Counted from the first letter of the stretch, positions 10,104 through 20,323 are shown. The stretch: DNA of 64,000 nt from Polyangiales bacterium (GCA_038230375.1 JBBRNJ010000006.1:64001-128000), one strand, 5' to 3'. The notes: generated by a model from the sequence alone, not told the origin. Translations and numbers: made by a program.

Positions 10104-10201
10104 CCCGCCACGGACCCTAGCAAAACTTACTGGAATTTTCGACCATCCAGAGCTTGCGTCGCGGGGAAAACGAGCCTACTGCCAGTCACATGTCGAGCGG
10201 C

Positions 10202-11167
10202 ATGACTCGCTTCGCCCGCTTTTCCTGGGGAGTGCTCGCGTACAACGTGCTCGTCATTCTCTGGGGCGCTTTCGTCCGCGCGAGCGGCTCGGGCGCAGGT
10301 TGCGGGCGTCACTGGCCCATGTGCAACGGCACCGTGGTCCAGCGCGCACCGAAGATCGAGACCATCATCGAGCTCACCCATCGCGTCACCAGCGGCATCT
10401 GCCTCGTGCTGGTCGTCGGGCTCGTCATCGCATCGCGCTACGCGTTTCCGAAGGGCCATCCTGCACGCAAGTCCGCCGCGTGGGCTGCTGGATTCACGGC
10501 GGGTGAGGCGCTCCTTGGCGCGGGCCTCGTCCTGTTCGAGCTCGTCGCGCACGACGCCTCCATGAAGCGCGCGCTGTCGATGATGTTGCATCTGGGCAAC
10601 ACGTTCTTCCTGCTGGGCGCGCTCACGCTGACGGCGCACTACGCCACGGGCGGCGCGCGCATGCGCGTGCGAGGGCAGGGGCTCGTCGCGATCCCTCTGT
10701 GGATCGCCACCATCGGCTTCTTCGTGCTCGGCGCTAGCGGCGCGATCGCCGCGCTCGGTGACACGCTCTTCCCCGCGCGCAGCCTTGCCGAGGGCATCCA
10801 GCAAGAGCTCACGCCCGGCGCGCACATACTGCTCAAGCTCCGCGTGTTCCATCCCGTACTCGCGGTGCTCGTCGGCATCATCGTCTCCGCCGCCGGCATG
10901 ATCACGCGCATGATGCGACCCGACGAAGCAAAGGTCCGTTTCTACTCACGCGCGCTTGTGGCCATGTTCATGGTCCAGGTCTGCGTCGGGCTCCTGAATC
11001 TGCAGCTCCTCGTGCCCATGTGGACGCAGATCGTGCACCTGTTGTGCGCGGATATCACGTTCATCCTGCTGGTTCTGACGTGTGCCGTCACGTTGCAAGA
11101 CGGCGGGACCGAGCCTCGTGCTATTTTTGGACCCGATGCGACCCGTGGAGCTGTCCACCAGCGTTGA
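10202..11167 (+). CDS. ctaA: Heme A synthase (COX15/CtaA family)
   Basis: VRASGSGAGCGRHWPMCNG, ELTHR and conserved His residues in TM helices. Confidence 0.9.
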   Translation: MTRFARFSWGVLAYNVLVILWGAFVRASGSGAGCGRHWPMCNGTVVQRAPKIETIIELTHRVTSGICLVLVVGLVIASRYAFPKGHPARKSAAWAAGFTAGEALLGAGLVLFELVAHDASMKRALSMMLHLGNTFFLLGALTLTAHYATGGARMRVRGQGLVAIPLWIATIGFFVLGASGAIAALGDTLFPARSLAEGIQQELTPGAHILLKLRVFHPVLAVLVGIIVSAAGMITRMMRPDEAKVRFYSRALVAMFMVQVCVGLLNLQLLVPMWTQIVHLLCADITFILLVLTCAVTLQDGGTEPRAIFGPDATRGAVHQR

Positions 11168-12950
11168 CCTCGTCTCGGCGGCGAAGGACGTCTGGCCCTA
11201 CATCACGGATACGGACCGTGCGAACCGCCTCGTGGGCGGCAAGCCCGTCACGTACGAGTCCATCGAGGCGGACGAGAAATCCAGCGCGCGGTTCGTTGCC
11301 TCCACGACCGTCGGCGGCTTCAACGTCACCTACGAGGAGTCACCGTTCGAGTGGACGCTGAACAAGTCCTTCAGCGTGTACCGCCGCATGCGCAACGGGC
11401 CGCTCAAGTCGTACACGTACAGTCTCGCGCTCGAGGCCCTGCCCGACGGGGGCACGCGGGTCACCGTTGGCATCTCGCTCGTTCCGCGCCACTGGGTGCT
11501 CGCGCCGATCGTGCGCTTCCAGGCCCGCGGGTTCGTGCAGGGGTTCGCGCAGCTGTGCGAGGCGATCGACCTCCACGTGCAGAAGAACGCGCCAAGCCCG
11601 TTCGAGAACCCGCGCGCGCCGGCGAACGAGGACGGCCTGGAGCGCGGCGCAAAGGGCCTGGCCAAGCACGACATCCAGGCGGCCGTCGTGGAGAAGCTGG
11701 TCGACATGCTGCGCAACGGGCCGGACGCGGATCTGATCCGCATTCGCCCGTTCGAGGTCGCCGACATGTGGAAGCTCCCCCAGACCGAGGTGCTGCGCGG
11801 CTTCCTCTACGGCGTGACCACGGGTCTGTTCGAGCTGCGCTGGGCGCTCGTCTGTCCGAGCTGTCGCACCGCCAACGTCGAGGTGGAGTCGCTGGCGGAG
11901 ATCGGCGACGGTGGCCACTGCCAGATGTGCGACATCTCGTACGGCGTTGATCTCGATCGCGCCGTGGAGGCCACGTTCATCGCGCACCCGGGCATCCGCG
12001 AGGTGACGAGCCAGATGTTCTGCATGGGCGGTCCCGCGCGCACGCCGCACGTGCTCGTGCAGAAGAACATCGAGATCGGCGCGACCGCGAAGCTGCCCGC
12101 TCCCGAAGACGACGGCCGCTACCGGCTATTTTCTCGGGGCGGCGCCATGTGCACCATCGAGCTGGGCGACGACGCCCCGGCCGAGGTCGACGTGGTCATC
12201 ACGGGTGAAGACCGCATGAGCCGCGACGCGATTCGCATCAAGCCCGGCGGTACGGTCGTCGTCACCAACGAGACGAACGACGCACGCCACGTGAAGCTAG
12301 AGCGCCTCCTCTACGCGAACCTTGCCGCCACGGCGCACAAGGTCACGCTCATGAGCGAGTTCCGCCGCCTCTTCTCGCGCGACCTGTTGAAGCCCGGCAC
12401 GCCGCTGAAGGTCGCGAGCTCCGCGATCCTGTTCTCGGACCTCACGGGCTCCACGGCGCTCTACTCCAGCGTGGGTGACGCCACGGCCTTCCGCATCGTC
12501 GACGATCACTTCGACGTGCTGCGCGCTGCGCTCGACCCGCATGGAGGCACCGTGGTGAAGACCATGGGCGACGCTGTGATGGCGGCGTTCGTGGACCCGG
12601 TCAGCGCGGTAGAGGCAGCGCGCGACTGCCTCGAGCGCTTCGATGCGTGGAGGGCAACGACCACGCACGGCGAGCTGATCGGCCTCAAGCTCGGTATCTT
12701 CTCGGGCCCCTGCTACGTGGTGACGGCGAACGGCGCCATCGACTACTTCGGTCAGACGGTGAACTGCGCCGCACGCGTGCAGCACCTGGCCTCATCGGGC
12801 GAGCTGATCCTCGAGAAGTCGCTCTACGAGAGCCTCAGCGGGAAGAACAAGGCCGCGTTCACGGTGGTCGAAGAGATCACCACCTCCGTGAAGGGCGTCG
12901 ACCGCCCGCTGGAGCTCCTGCGCACGCGCCTTTCGACGGTCTCGGCTTAG
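11136..12950 (+). CDS. Class III adenylate/guanylate cyclase with SRPBCC and DUF5939-like domains
   Basis: FSDLTGST, VKTMGDAVMA, DYFGQTVNCAARV; CPSC...HCQMC in the middle domain. Confidence 0.9.
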   Translation: MRPVELSTSVDLVSAAKDVWPYITDTDRANRLVGGKPVTYESIEADEKSSARFVASTTVGGFNVTYEESPFEWTLNKSFSVYRRMRNGPLKSYTYSLALEALPDGGTRVTVGISLVPRHWVLAPIVRFQARGFVQGFAQLCEAIDLHVQKNAPSPFENPRAPANEDGLERGAKGLAKHDIQAAVVEKLVDMLRNGPDADLIRIRPFEVADMWKLPQTEVLRGFLYGVTTGLFELRWALVCPSCRTANVEVESLAEIGDGGHCQMCDISYGVDLDRAVEATFIAHPGIREVTSQMFCMGGPARTPHVLVQKNIEIGATAKLPAPEDDGRYRLFSRGGAMCTIELGDDAPAEVDVVITGEDRMSRDAIRIKPGGTVVVTNETNDARHVKLERLLYANLAATAHKVTLMSEFRRLFSRDLLKPGTPLKVASSAILFSDLTGSTALYSSVGDATAFRIVDDHFDVLRAALDPHGGTVVKTMGDAVMAAFVDPVSAVEAARDCLERFDAWRATTTHGELIGLKLGIFSGPCYVVTANGAIDYFGQTVNCAARVQHLASSGELILEKSLYESLSGKNKAAFTVVEEITTSVKGVDRPLELLRTRLSTVSA

Positions 12951-12978
12951 CGCTCACCTTCCGCCGCCAACGGTAGCT

Positions 12979-13818
12979 TCACTTTCCCGCGTCAGTTGCC
13001 GTGCTCGCGGCGTTCGATCCGAGCGCCATCTGGATCAGCGTGTCAGTCGGGACCGCGATCAGCTCGGCGCTCGTCTTCCCCGACGTCTTCGCTGCGCGGT
13101 CGACGAGGTATGTCCCCACCTTGTAGCCGAGCCAGCGGCGACCGTCGGGGTGCTTCGTGAACCACGGGGCGCGCGGCGCGTCGTTCGGCATCGCGAGGAG
13201 CTCCTGGGTCCACGCGGACACGTCCGGCGGGTACTGACTCCAGAGCGGTACGGGGCCGCCAGCGTAGTCCCGCTCGATCGCGGTCGCGAGTCCCTCCTGC
13301 ATCAGATGATAGCGGAGCTGACCGCCGAACCCGTCGGCACGGCTCCGCGCGATGTGCGCGAGCTCGTGGAAGAGCGCCTGACGAAGATAGGAGCGGACGA
13401 TCGCTTCGACCCCTTCTGGGCGGCTCGCATCGACGGACCAGTTGACGATGTCCGGGAGAGAGTTGCTCCCTCCCTCACCAGTCTCGGAGACCACCTGCTT
13501 GCCGTCGACGCTCGTGACCCGTAGATCGAGGCTCTTCGGCAGATCGGGAAGGACGCGGCGAACGTCGGGGAATGCGCGCGTGGCGACCTCCTCGATCACA
13601 CGACGTTCGTCGGTCGTGAACGTATGCGGGCCCGTGGAGTCATATTCGAACGTGAGCGTCTCGCCGCTGGGAAGTGAGAGGGTGACGGGCGCACGCGCAG
13701 CAGCATCCGCGCGCATCAAGACGACAAGCCCGACGATGCCGCCGCAAAAGCTCACCGCAGACGCGAGGATCAGCCATGTCGAGGCACGCGCATTCGCTCG
13801 GCTCAACCCCACGCACAC
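12979..13818 (-). CDS. Zn-dependent protease, DUF2268-like
   Basis: HELAH, EGLA, WLGYKVGTYLV; N-terminal TM. Confidence 0.8.
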   Translation of the reverse strand: MCVGLSRANARASTWLILASAVSFCGGIVGLVVLMRADAAARAPVTLSLPSGETLTFEYDSTGPHTFTTDERRVIEEVATRAFPDVRRVLPDLPKSLDLRVTSVDGKQVVSETGEGGSNSLPDIVNWSVDASRPEGVEAIVRSYLRQALFHELAHIARSRADGFGGQLRYHLMQEGLATAIERDYAGGPVPLWSQYPPDVSAWTQELLAMPNDAPRAPWFTKHPDGRRWLGYKVGTYLVDRAAKTSGKTSAELIAVPTDTLIQMALGSNAASTATDAGK

Positions 13819-13876
13819 GCCTGCCGGAACTCGTATGCGAAGTGCTCCCGATCCGATGGAACCAGCAAGTGGACCT

Positions 13877-15619
13877 TCACTCCCAGGGCTGCGGGGTGAT
13901 GCCTGCCTTGCGCAGCTCCTTCACCTCGATCATGCGCGAGATTCCCTGCTTGAAGTGATCTGCATGCGTCTGCTTCTCGACCTCGGTCTTGGCGTAGCTC
14001 ACCGCGTCGTCGTAGCTCGCGGAGTGGACCATGGTGGTCTCCACGAAGAGCGGCGTTCCGTCCGGGATGCCGTCCTTCGCTGAATGCCAGCCCGCGAACG
14101 CGTGGCCGGGGATTCGTACGATGATCGGCTCCAGGCCGATGGCCTCCATCAACGTGGCGAACAGGATCGCGCCTTCGAGGCACTGCGCATTCTTGGACGT
14201 GAGCACGTCCGACGGAAGGCGCGTGCGCTGCGCGAACCCCATCTCGCTCGCGGCCTCCGGATCCATGACGTAGGAGACACCGCGCGCCTTCAGCTCGTCG
14301 AAGATGGCCTCCACCTGCGGCAACGTGGCCGTCTGCGGGCCCGCGAACGTGGCCTTCGGCGCGCGCTTCTTCGCCGCTGTCAGGAACTCGTCCACGGCCT
14401 TGGCGTTGGGCGTGACCCACGCGCCGATGTAAGCGTCAACGGGCTTCGTTGCGTCCTCGTCCACGCGCGTGGCGAGCAAGAGAGAGTCGCGCGGAAGGAT
14501 CTTCACCTCGTGCGACACATCGCGGATGGTCTTCTCGCCCTTCGGATCGAGCTCGACGACCTTGATGTTGAGCTGTGACGGCGTGTCGCTGCGCTGGGCG
14601 CTGACGTTGAAGCCGCTCTTCAGCGGCGGGATGATCTGGACGACCTCGTTGCCGCCCTTCAGGACCGTGATGTTGGTCTTGAAGCGCTCCGTCACGCCGA
14701 CGACCTCGCCCTCGACGCGGAACTGCCGGTCGGTCGCGCCGATGTTGTAGACCCAGACCTGCGCGGGCACACCGGCCATCTTGGCCTTGCCGTACAGGTG
14801 ATAGACGCCCAGCGGGATCTCGTGCTGGTGGAACTCGTCGATGACGACCTTCGCGGTCCTTGCCTCGACCATCTCCTTCTTGATCATGTCCGTCCACTTC
14901 GCGTCCGCACCCATGCGGGTCGCCGTGTCCAGCGTGTTCTGCGCCTGCGGGAGCTGCCCGAGGTGCATCTGGGAGTCGGCGATCTCCACGTCCGCGTTCG
15001 CCTCCAGCATCTTCTCGGTCGCCGCAGGCATGCCGTACGTCTTCGCGACGCGGATGGATTCGCCCATGCCCTTCTGGCAGTCAGCCCACTTCATCTGGTT
15101 GCAGGTGATCTGCGTTTTCACGTAGAGCAGCTCCGCGTCCTTGGGGTTCGCGGGGAGCAGGACGTCGAGATCCTTCAGCGCCTTGTCGTAGTTGCCCATG
15201 CCCACCTCTGCCTGCGGCAGCAGCGCGGGGTGCGCGAATTTCGGGTTGTGCGAGAGGATGCGGACGGTCGCTTGCTTCATCAGCATGTAGCGATGGTTGG
15301 TGTGCGCGCAGTCGGCCAGCGCGTAGAACGCGTCTTCTTCGGGCTGCGTCGTGACCTCGTCCGGCAGGCCTTGCACGAGGAGCTTGGTGACCTTGGCGCA
15401 GTCGCGCGTCGGACCCTTCTTGTATTCGGCGACTCCGTCGGCGACGGCCTGCTTTGCTTCCGCCTCCGTCATCTTCTTCTGCGGCGGGCCGTGTGGCATC
15501 TCCTTGCCGGTCGACGGTGCCTGCGACTTGCTGCACGGACCGAAGCCGGTGAGCGCGAGGAACGAGACGGCTGTGATGAACGCAAGGCTACGGCGAGGGC
15601 CGCGAGGAGACTTCGACAT
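13877..15619 (-). CDS. Secreted TPR protein with C-terminal transglutaminase-like domain
   Basis: TPR-like helices; AQCLEGAILFATL...PGHAFAGW...FVETT (Cys-His-Glu). Confidence 0.75.
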   Translation of the reverse strand: MSKSPRGPRRSLAFITAVSFLALTGFGPCSKSQAPSTGKEMPHGPPQKKMTEAEAKQAVADGVAEYKKGPTRDCAKVTKLLVQGLPDEVTTQPEEDAFYALADCAHTNHRYMLMKQATVRILSHNPKFAHPALLPQAEVGMGNYDKALKDLDVLLPANPKDAELLYVKTQITCNQMKWADCQKGMGESIRVAKTYGMPAATEKMLEANADVEIADSQMHLGQLPQAQNTLDTATRMGADAKWTDMIKKEMVEARTAKVVIDEFHQHEIPLGVYHLYGKAKMAGVPAQVWVYNIGATDRQFRVEGEVVGVTERFKTNITVLKGGNEVVQIIPPLKSGFNVSAQRSDTPSQLNIKVVELDPKGEKTIRDVSHEVKILPRDSLLLATRVDEDATKPVDAYIGAWVTPNAKAVDEFLTAAKKRAPKATFAGPQTATLPQVEAIFDELKARGVSYVMDPEAASEMGFAQRTRLPSDVLTSKNAQCLEGAILFATLMEAIGLEPIIVRIPGHAFAGWHSAKDGIPDGTPLFVETTMVHSASYDDAVSYAKTEVEKQTHADHFKQGISRMIEVKELRKAGITPQPWE

Positions 15620-15687
15620 GTTGGGCCAAAGTCGACCTCAGCCGCAGCAGGAGATCAAGTTCCTTCGACCTGGTATGCTCAGCCTGC

Positions 15688-16194
15688 ATGAACGTCGCTC
15701 GCACCTCCGTTGGTCTCGTATGCTCCTTTGCGCTGATCTCGCTGGTGATCGCCTGCTCGAGCAGCTCCACGACCCACACCGGCGCCACGGGCGACGGCGG
15801 CGCAGCAGGTGAAGGCGGCAGCGGTGATGACGGTGGTGGCGGGGGCAGCACCTGTACTGTCGCTGCAGGTACATACACGTTGCACAGCACGGCGAAGGAC
15901 CTGTCGGACGGCGGCTTCGGTTGCAGCGCACCTCCGGACATCACGGTCACCTATCCCGTCGCGCCGAGCGATGCCGGGTTGCAGGGAAATTGCACCATCA
16001 AGAGCGATTCCGCCACGTGCACGACGACCGTCACCTGCTCCTCTACCCAGGGCTCGGTCATGTCGTCGACCAACGTCGTCAAGACGATCAACTCGGATGG
16101 GAAGGGCTACACGATCAAGGAGATCGACATCGTGATCTTGAACGGTGAGCTCTCTTCGGACTGCGAGATCACGTCGGTCGCCACGCCGCAGTAG
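15688..16194 (+). CDS. Lipoprotein, hypothetical
   Basis: SLVIAC lipobox, Gly-rich linker, paired Cys residues. Confidence 0.75.
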   Translation: MNVARTSVGLVCSFALISLVIACSSSSTTHTGATGDGGAAGEGGSGDDGGGGGSTCTVAAGTYTLHSTAKDLSDGGFGCSAPPDITVTYPVAPSDAGLQGNCTIKSDSATCTTTVTCSSTQGSVMSSTNVVKTINSDGKGYTIKEIDIVILNGELSSDCEITSVATPQ

Positions 16195-16202
16195 AGAGCG
16201 CG

Positions 16203-17009
16203 CTACTGGCCCATCAGCTCCAGGAACGGTCCCGCGCCCAGCAGCGATGTGCCACCGTCGATGAGTAGCGTCGTCCCCGTGACATATGCGCCCGCGGGCG
16301 ACACCAGGAACATGACCGCCTCGCACACCTCGTCGATCGTGCCGTAGCGCTGCAGCGGAACGCGCTTCTTGAAGTTTTCCTTCATGTCGCCGGGCGCGAG
16401 GCGGCTCATTCCTTCGGTGTCGTCGATGGGTCCGGGCGCCACGGTGTTCACGCGCACGCCGGTGCGCGCCCACTCGAGCGCCAGATCGCGCGTCAGCTTC
16501 TCGATGCCGGCCTTCGCCGCACCCGCATGGCACTGCAGCGGCGTGGCGACCTCCGCCTGCGTCGCTGTGATGCTGACGATCGAGCCGCCCTGCTTCGCCA
16601 GGTGCTCGAACGCTGCACGGCACGTGTTGAACGTTCCGCACAGGTCGATGTCGATGACTGTCCGGAAGCCATTCGCGCTCAGGGTCGCCGCGGGGGCCAG
16701 GAAGTTGCCGGCGGCGCTGTTCACCACGATGTCGAGGCGCCCGAATGCCTCCACGGTGCCGCGCACTGCGGCGTCGACAGCGGCGTAGTCACGCACGTCG
16801 GTCGCGAACGTCTTCGCAGTGCCGCCAGCCGCGGCGATCGCATCCGCAGTCCTGGTCAGCTTCTCCTGCGTACGACCGAGCAGCGCCACCTTCGCGCCCT
16901 GCGCGGCCAAGCGCTTCGCGATGCCGGCGCCAATGCCGCTGCCGCCGCCCGTGATGAGTGCTGCTTTTCCTGCGAGGAGGTCGCTCCGAAAGACGCTGCT
17001 GGTCGACAT
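16203..17009 (-). CDS. SDR oxidoreductase, 2,4-dienoyl-CoA reductase-like
   Basis: TGGGSGIG, NSAAGNF, HAGAAKAG, APGPI. Confidence 0.9.
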   Translation of the reverse strand: MSTSSVFRSDLLAGKAALITGGGSGIGAGIAKRLAAQGAKVALLGRTQEKLTRTADAIAAAGGTAKTFATDVRDYAAVDAAVRGTVEAFGRLDIVVNSAAGNFLAPAATLSANGFRTVIDIDLCGTFNTCRAAFEHLAKQGGSIVSITATQAEVATPLQCHAGAAKAGIEKLTRDLALEWARTGVRVNTVAPGPIDDTEGMSRLAPGDMKENFKKRVPLQRYGTIDEVCEAVMFLVSPAGAYVTGTTLLIDGGTSLLGAGPFLELMGQ

Positions 17010-17061
17010 GATCTCGGCACCATACCCGGTTTCCTACGGCCTGGTAGAGTGGGGCCGGCGC

Positions 17062-17976
17062 ATGGACTCGCTCCACATGGGGATCGTGACGGGGTTCGCG
17101 CTGCTCGCGGGCTTGCACATAGCGGCCGGCATCTCCGGGCACGTGCTCCATGGCAAGCCGCGTGGACACTGGGTTCCGCTGGCGCTCGCGATGCTCGGGC
17201 TGCCGTTGCCGCACTTCCTTCCCGAGCACCCTTCCGGGCTCCGCTTTCTGTGTGGGCTCGGCGCTGCGATGGGGCTCCTTCGCGCCATCGACCTTGCGCG
17301 TGACAAGACGCCGCGCCCGATCCTCTTTCGCGTCCGGCACATCATGACGGCCTTCGACACGCGGCGGATGAAGAAGGGCACCGCACATCTCATGCTTCGT
17401 CGCGCCGTCCTCTCTGTCCTCGTCGGCCTCCTCATCTTGCCCGGGCTCTACGCGGTCTACGCCATCGCGCCTGCGCTCTCGGGTACGCCGGCGTTGCTCG
17501 TCCGCTGGGCGTTCGGCCTGCTCTTCGCGTATGCGAGCTCGGACCTGGTGTACGGCGGCGCGTTCGTGTTGTTCCGCGCGCTCGGCGTCGAGCTCGAGGA
17601 GCTGCATCGCGCGCCCATCCTCTCACGCACCGTGAAGGAGTTCTGGGGCGAGCGATGGAATCGCACGGTCAGCGCGTGGCTCTCGGAGCACATCCTCCGG
17701 CCCTTCGCGCGCCGCCGTCAGGCGAAGCTCGGGCTGCTCGCGTCGTTCGTGGTGAGCGCCGTGCTGCACGGCTATCTCGTGCTCGTCACGCTCGGCGACC
17801 TCACGGCGCTCCTGATGTCGGGCTACTTCCTGGTGCAGGGCGCGCTGGTGTTCGTGGAGATCCGCCTGCGCGCGACGCGGTGGAGCCGCCCCGTCGGCCA
17901 CGTGTGGACGGTCACGGTGATGGTCGCGACCTCCCCGCTCTTCGTGGAGCCCGCGCTGCGTTGCATCGGAATTTGA
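17062..17976 (+). CDS. MBOAT family membrane-bound O-acyltransferase (wax-synthase-like)
   Basis: PILSRTVKEFWGERWN, FVVSAVLH; multiple TM helices. Confidence 0.85.
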   Translation: MDSLHMGIVTGFALLAGLHIAAGISGHVLHGKPRGHWVPLALAMLGLPLPHFLPEHPSGLRFLCGLGAAMGLLRAIDLARDKTPRPILFRVRHIMTAFDTRRMKKGTAHLMLRRAVLSVLVGLLILPGLYAVYAIAPALSGTPALLVRWAFGLLFAYASSDLVYGGAFVLFRALGVELEELHRAPILSRTVKEFWGERWNRTVSAWLSEHILRPFARRRQAKLGLLASFVVSAVLHGYLVLVTLGDLTALLMSGYFLVQGALVFVEIRLRATRWSRPVGHVWTVTVMVATSPLFVEPALRCIGI

Positions 17977-17993
17977 GTGTCAGCGAAATGCAG

Positions 17994-18290
17994 CTACCGA
18001 GGAGGCCGGCCGGCGCGTTCGTCTTCTTCGGCGATGCTCGCAAGGCCCGCGAGCGCCGCCAGTGGCAGCGGATGATACGGCGGGCGCGGCGTGATGGGCA
18101 TTGCCGCGTCGCCGCCGCGCGCCGTGAGCAGCCGCGCACACAGCGCCACGCAGGATTTCCCCTGGCAGTACCCCGTGCCGAAGCCCGTGTACCGCTTGAG
18201 CGACTCGATGTCGTCGTGACCGCGCGTGATCGCTTCCTCCAGCTCGTGGAGGGTCACGTCCTCGCAGCGGCAGACGAGCGTCTTCGCCAT
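17994..18290 (-). CDS. BFD-like (2Fe-2S)-binding protein
   Basis: VCRCEDVT...LKRYTGFGTGYCQGKSC...TPRPP. Confidence 0.85.
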   Translation of the reverse strand: MAKTLVCRCEDVTLHELEEAITRGHDDIESLKRYTGFGTGYCQGKSCVALCARLLTARGGDAAMPITPRPPYHPLPLAALAGLASIAEEDERAGRPPR

Positions 18291-18293
18291 CGG

Positions 18294-18656
18294 TCAGTTC
18301 CCCGTGTACTCGCAGCGCGCGTCGCACGTCTCGAACAGCGTGACCTGCACGAGGGACGGCAGGTTCGGCTTCAGCTTGTCCCAGATCCATTTCGCGAGGA
18401 CCTCGCTCGTGGGGTTCTCCAGGCCGGGGACCTCGTTCAGGTAGTTGTGGTCCAGCACGTCGTGGAGCGGCTGCCAGAGGTCATAGAGGTCACCGAAGTC
18501 GATGAACCAACCCGTCTCGGGGTTCACAGGCCCTGCGATCGCCAGCTCCACCTTGAAGGAGTGCCCGTGCAGGCGAAAGCACTTGTGACCGGCCGGCACC
18601 TTCGGCAGGCGGTGGGCGGACTCGAACTTGAACTCGTGGACCAGGCGGACGTTCAC
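18294..18656 (-). CDS. queD: 6-carboxy-5,6,7,8-tetrahydropterin synthase
   Basis: FESAHRL...CFRLHGHS, LDHNYLN, ENPTSE, ET. Confidence 0.95.
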   Translation of the reverse strand: MNVRLVHEFKFESAHRLPKVPAGHKCFRLHGHSFKVELAIAGPVNPETGWFIDFGDLYDLWQPLHDVLDHNYLNEVPGLENPTSEVLAKWIWDKLKPNLPSLVQVTLFETCDARCEYTGN

Positions 18657-18811
18657 AGCTTCACTCCCTTGTGATCTCGGCGCTCACTATACCAGACCGG
18701 GGAAAAGGCCCAGCGTCCGGTGCCTCGACATGCGCTCAGGTGTTTGTGCTTTGCGTTGCAATGCCAACGTAGTTGGGCTACTTCGTCGAGCCCTTTCAAA
18801 GCGAACCCGCC

Positions 18812-18937
18812 ATGTACATCACTCTCTCCAAGAAGCCGCGCAAGACCAACCGCACCAAGACGAAGCGCTATCGCGCCAAGTTGAAGGCGAAGGACACGAA
18901 CCGCCGCGGACGCGTCTACCAGGTCGGCAAGAAGTAG
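18812..18937 (+). CDS. 41-aa highly basic small protein (MYITLSKKPRKTNRTKTKRYRAKLKAKDTNRRGRVYQVGKK)
   Basis: Clean ATG-to-TAG ORF in an intergenic gap, with strongly host-like codons (all Lys AAG, all Arg CGC). Below the size cutoff of the ORF track. Confidence 0.75.
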   Translation: MYITLSKKPRKTNRTKTKRYRAKLKAKDTNRRGRVYQVGKK

Positions 18938-18971
18938 AGACTGCTACGCTCGGCCGAAGGAGGCCTGGCGA

Positions 18972-19589
18972 ATGAGCGGCTCGATCTCTTGTACACACTG
19001 CGGCGGACCACTTCCTGCTTCGGCAGCGGATGTGGCCGTCGCTTGTCCGTTTTGTGGGTTCGTCTCTTCACCTGCGCCGAAGGTGATCGAGAAGATCGTC
19101 GAGCGCGTTCGCCCTCACATCATCGTCCAGGACGAGTCGGGCAAGACCACGGAGCTCTTCTGCCTGCGCTGCGCCTACAAGATGCGCGTTGGGCACTTCA
19201 AGGACATCGAGCTCCAGCTCTGTGAAGGATGCGGCGGCGTGTTCCTCACGAAGGACGTCGTCGATCGCCTCGCGCAGCACCCCGACACGGAGTTCCGTCA
19301 GTGGGTGATTCGCATGGAGATGCCAGCAATGGGCCGCCCCGGCCGCGGGCCCGTCGACTGCCCGATGTGCAAGGCCCGCATGGAGGTCGTGGGCATGCCC
19401 GGCACCGTCCACAACGTCGACATCTGCCGCACCCACGGCACCTGGTTCGACCGCACCGAGCTAGCCGCCTACATCGAAGCGCAAGACACCGCGCAGGAAG
19501 CCGCAAAGCCTCCAGTGACGGACGACGACCTGCAAGCGGCAGGAGTCGGCGGCGGCTTCTTCAGCAGCCTGGGCCGCCTCTTTCGCTAG
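18972..19589 (+). CDS. Zinc-ribbon (zf-TFIIB-like) domain protein
   Basis: CTHC/CPFC, CLRC...CEGCGGVF, CPMC...CRTHGTWFDRTEL; GGAGG SD. Confidence 0.85.
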   Translation: MSGSISCTHCGGPLPASAADVAVACPFCGFVSSPAPKVIEKIVERVRPHIIVQDESGKTTELFCLRCAYKMRVGHFKDIELQLCEGCGGVFLTKDVVDRLAQHPDTEFRQWVIRMEMPAMGRPGRGPVDCPMCKARMEVVGMPGTVHNVDICRTHGTWFDRTELAAYIEAQDTAQEAAKPPVTDDDLQAAGVGGGFFSSLGRLFR

Positions 19590-19626
19590 TTCGAGGTCCA
19601 GGTCGATGGCCAAGGCGATGGACATG

Positions 19627-19657
19627 AAAAAGGCCCGCGGCGTTTGCCTGCGGGCCT
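19627..19657 (-). terminator. Rho-independent terminator after mglA
   Basis: Minus strand AGGCCCGCAGGC-AAAC-GCCGCGGGCCT followed by a T run. Confidence 0.8.
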
Positions 19658-19681
19658 CTGGTTCGTCAAACGCGAGAAACG

Positions 19682-20269
19682 CTACGAGCCCTTCTTCAGC
19701 TCGGTGAGGACCAGCTTGGCGACGGCCTTCAGCGTGTCGAACACGCCCACGCCCGTTCGCGCTACGGCCTCGAAGTCAGGGACGTTCGTCGGGTTGATCA
19801 TCTGGCGCAGCTCTTCGAGCGACGCCACGTTCGGCAGGTCCCGCTTGTTGTACTGGACGACGTACGGGAGCTTGTCGAGCGAGTAGCCCTGCTCCGCAAG
19901 GTTGGTGCGAAGGTTCTCGACGGACTCGAGGTTCGCCTCCGTACGCTCGATCTGCGAGTCAGCGACGAAGATGACGCCGTCGACGCCCTTGAGAATGAGC
20001 TTGCGGCTCGCGTCGTAGAAGACCTGACCGGGGACCGTGTAGAGGTGGAAGCGCGTCTTGAAGCCGCGGATCTCCCCGAGCGAGAGCGGGAGGAAGTCGA
20101 AGAACAGCGTGCGCTCGGTCTCCGTCGCGAGGCTGATCATCTTGCCCTTCGCTTCAGGATTCGTGCGCTCGTAGATGTACTGAAGATTGGTCGTCTTCCC
20201 GCAGAGACCAGGGCCGTAATAGACCAACTTGCAGTTGATCTCTCGCGCCATGTAGTTGATGAAACTCAT
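19682..20269 (-). CDS. mglA: Ras-like GTPase MglA
   Basis: [45 protein letters not shown]. Confidence 0.98.
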   Translation of the reverse strand: MSFINYMAREINCKLVYYGPGLCGKTTNLQYIYERTNPEAKGKMISLATETERTLFFDFLPLSLGEIRGFKTRFHLYTVPGQVFYDASRKLILKGVDGVIFVADSQIERTEANLESVENLRTNLAEQGYSLDKLPYVVQYNKRDLPNVASLEELRQMINPTNVPDFEAVARTGVGVFDTLKAVAKLVLTELKKGS

Positions 20270-20323
20270 CGTCCGGTTCTCTCTGCGTTCTCTTGAGCTT
20301 TCGGCGGCACGTTCTGCTCTATG

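Noticed and set aside
11136..12950. Cyclase as part of a CBASS/Pycsar-type defence system
   Set aside because: It has the ordinary SRPBCC-DUF5939-class III architecture with no adjacent effector gene.
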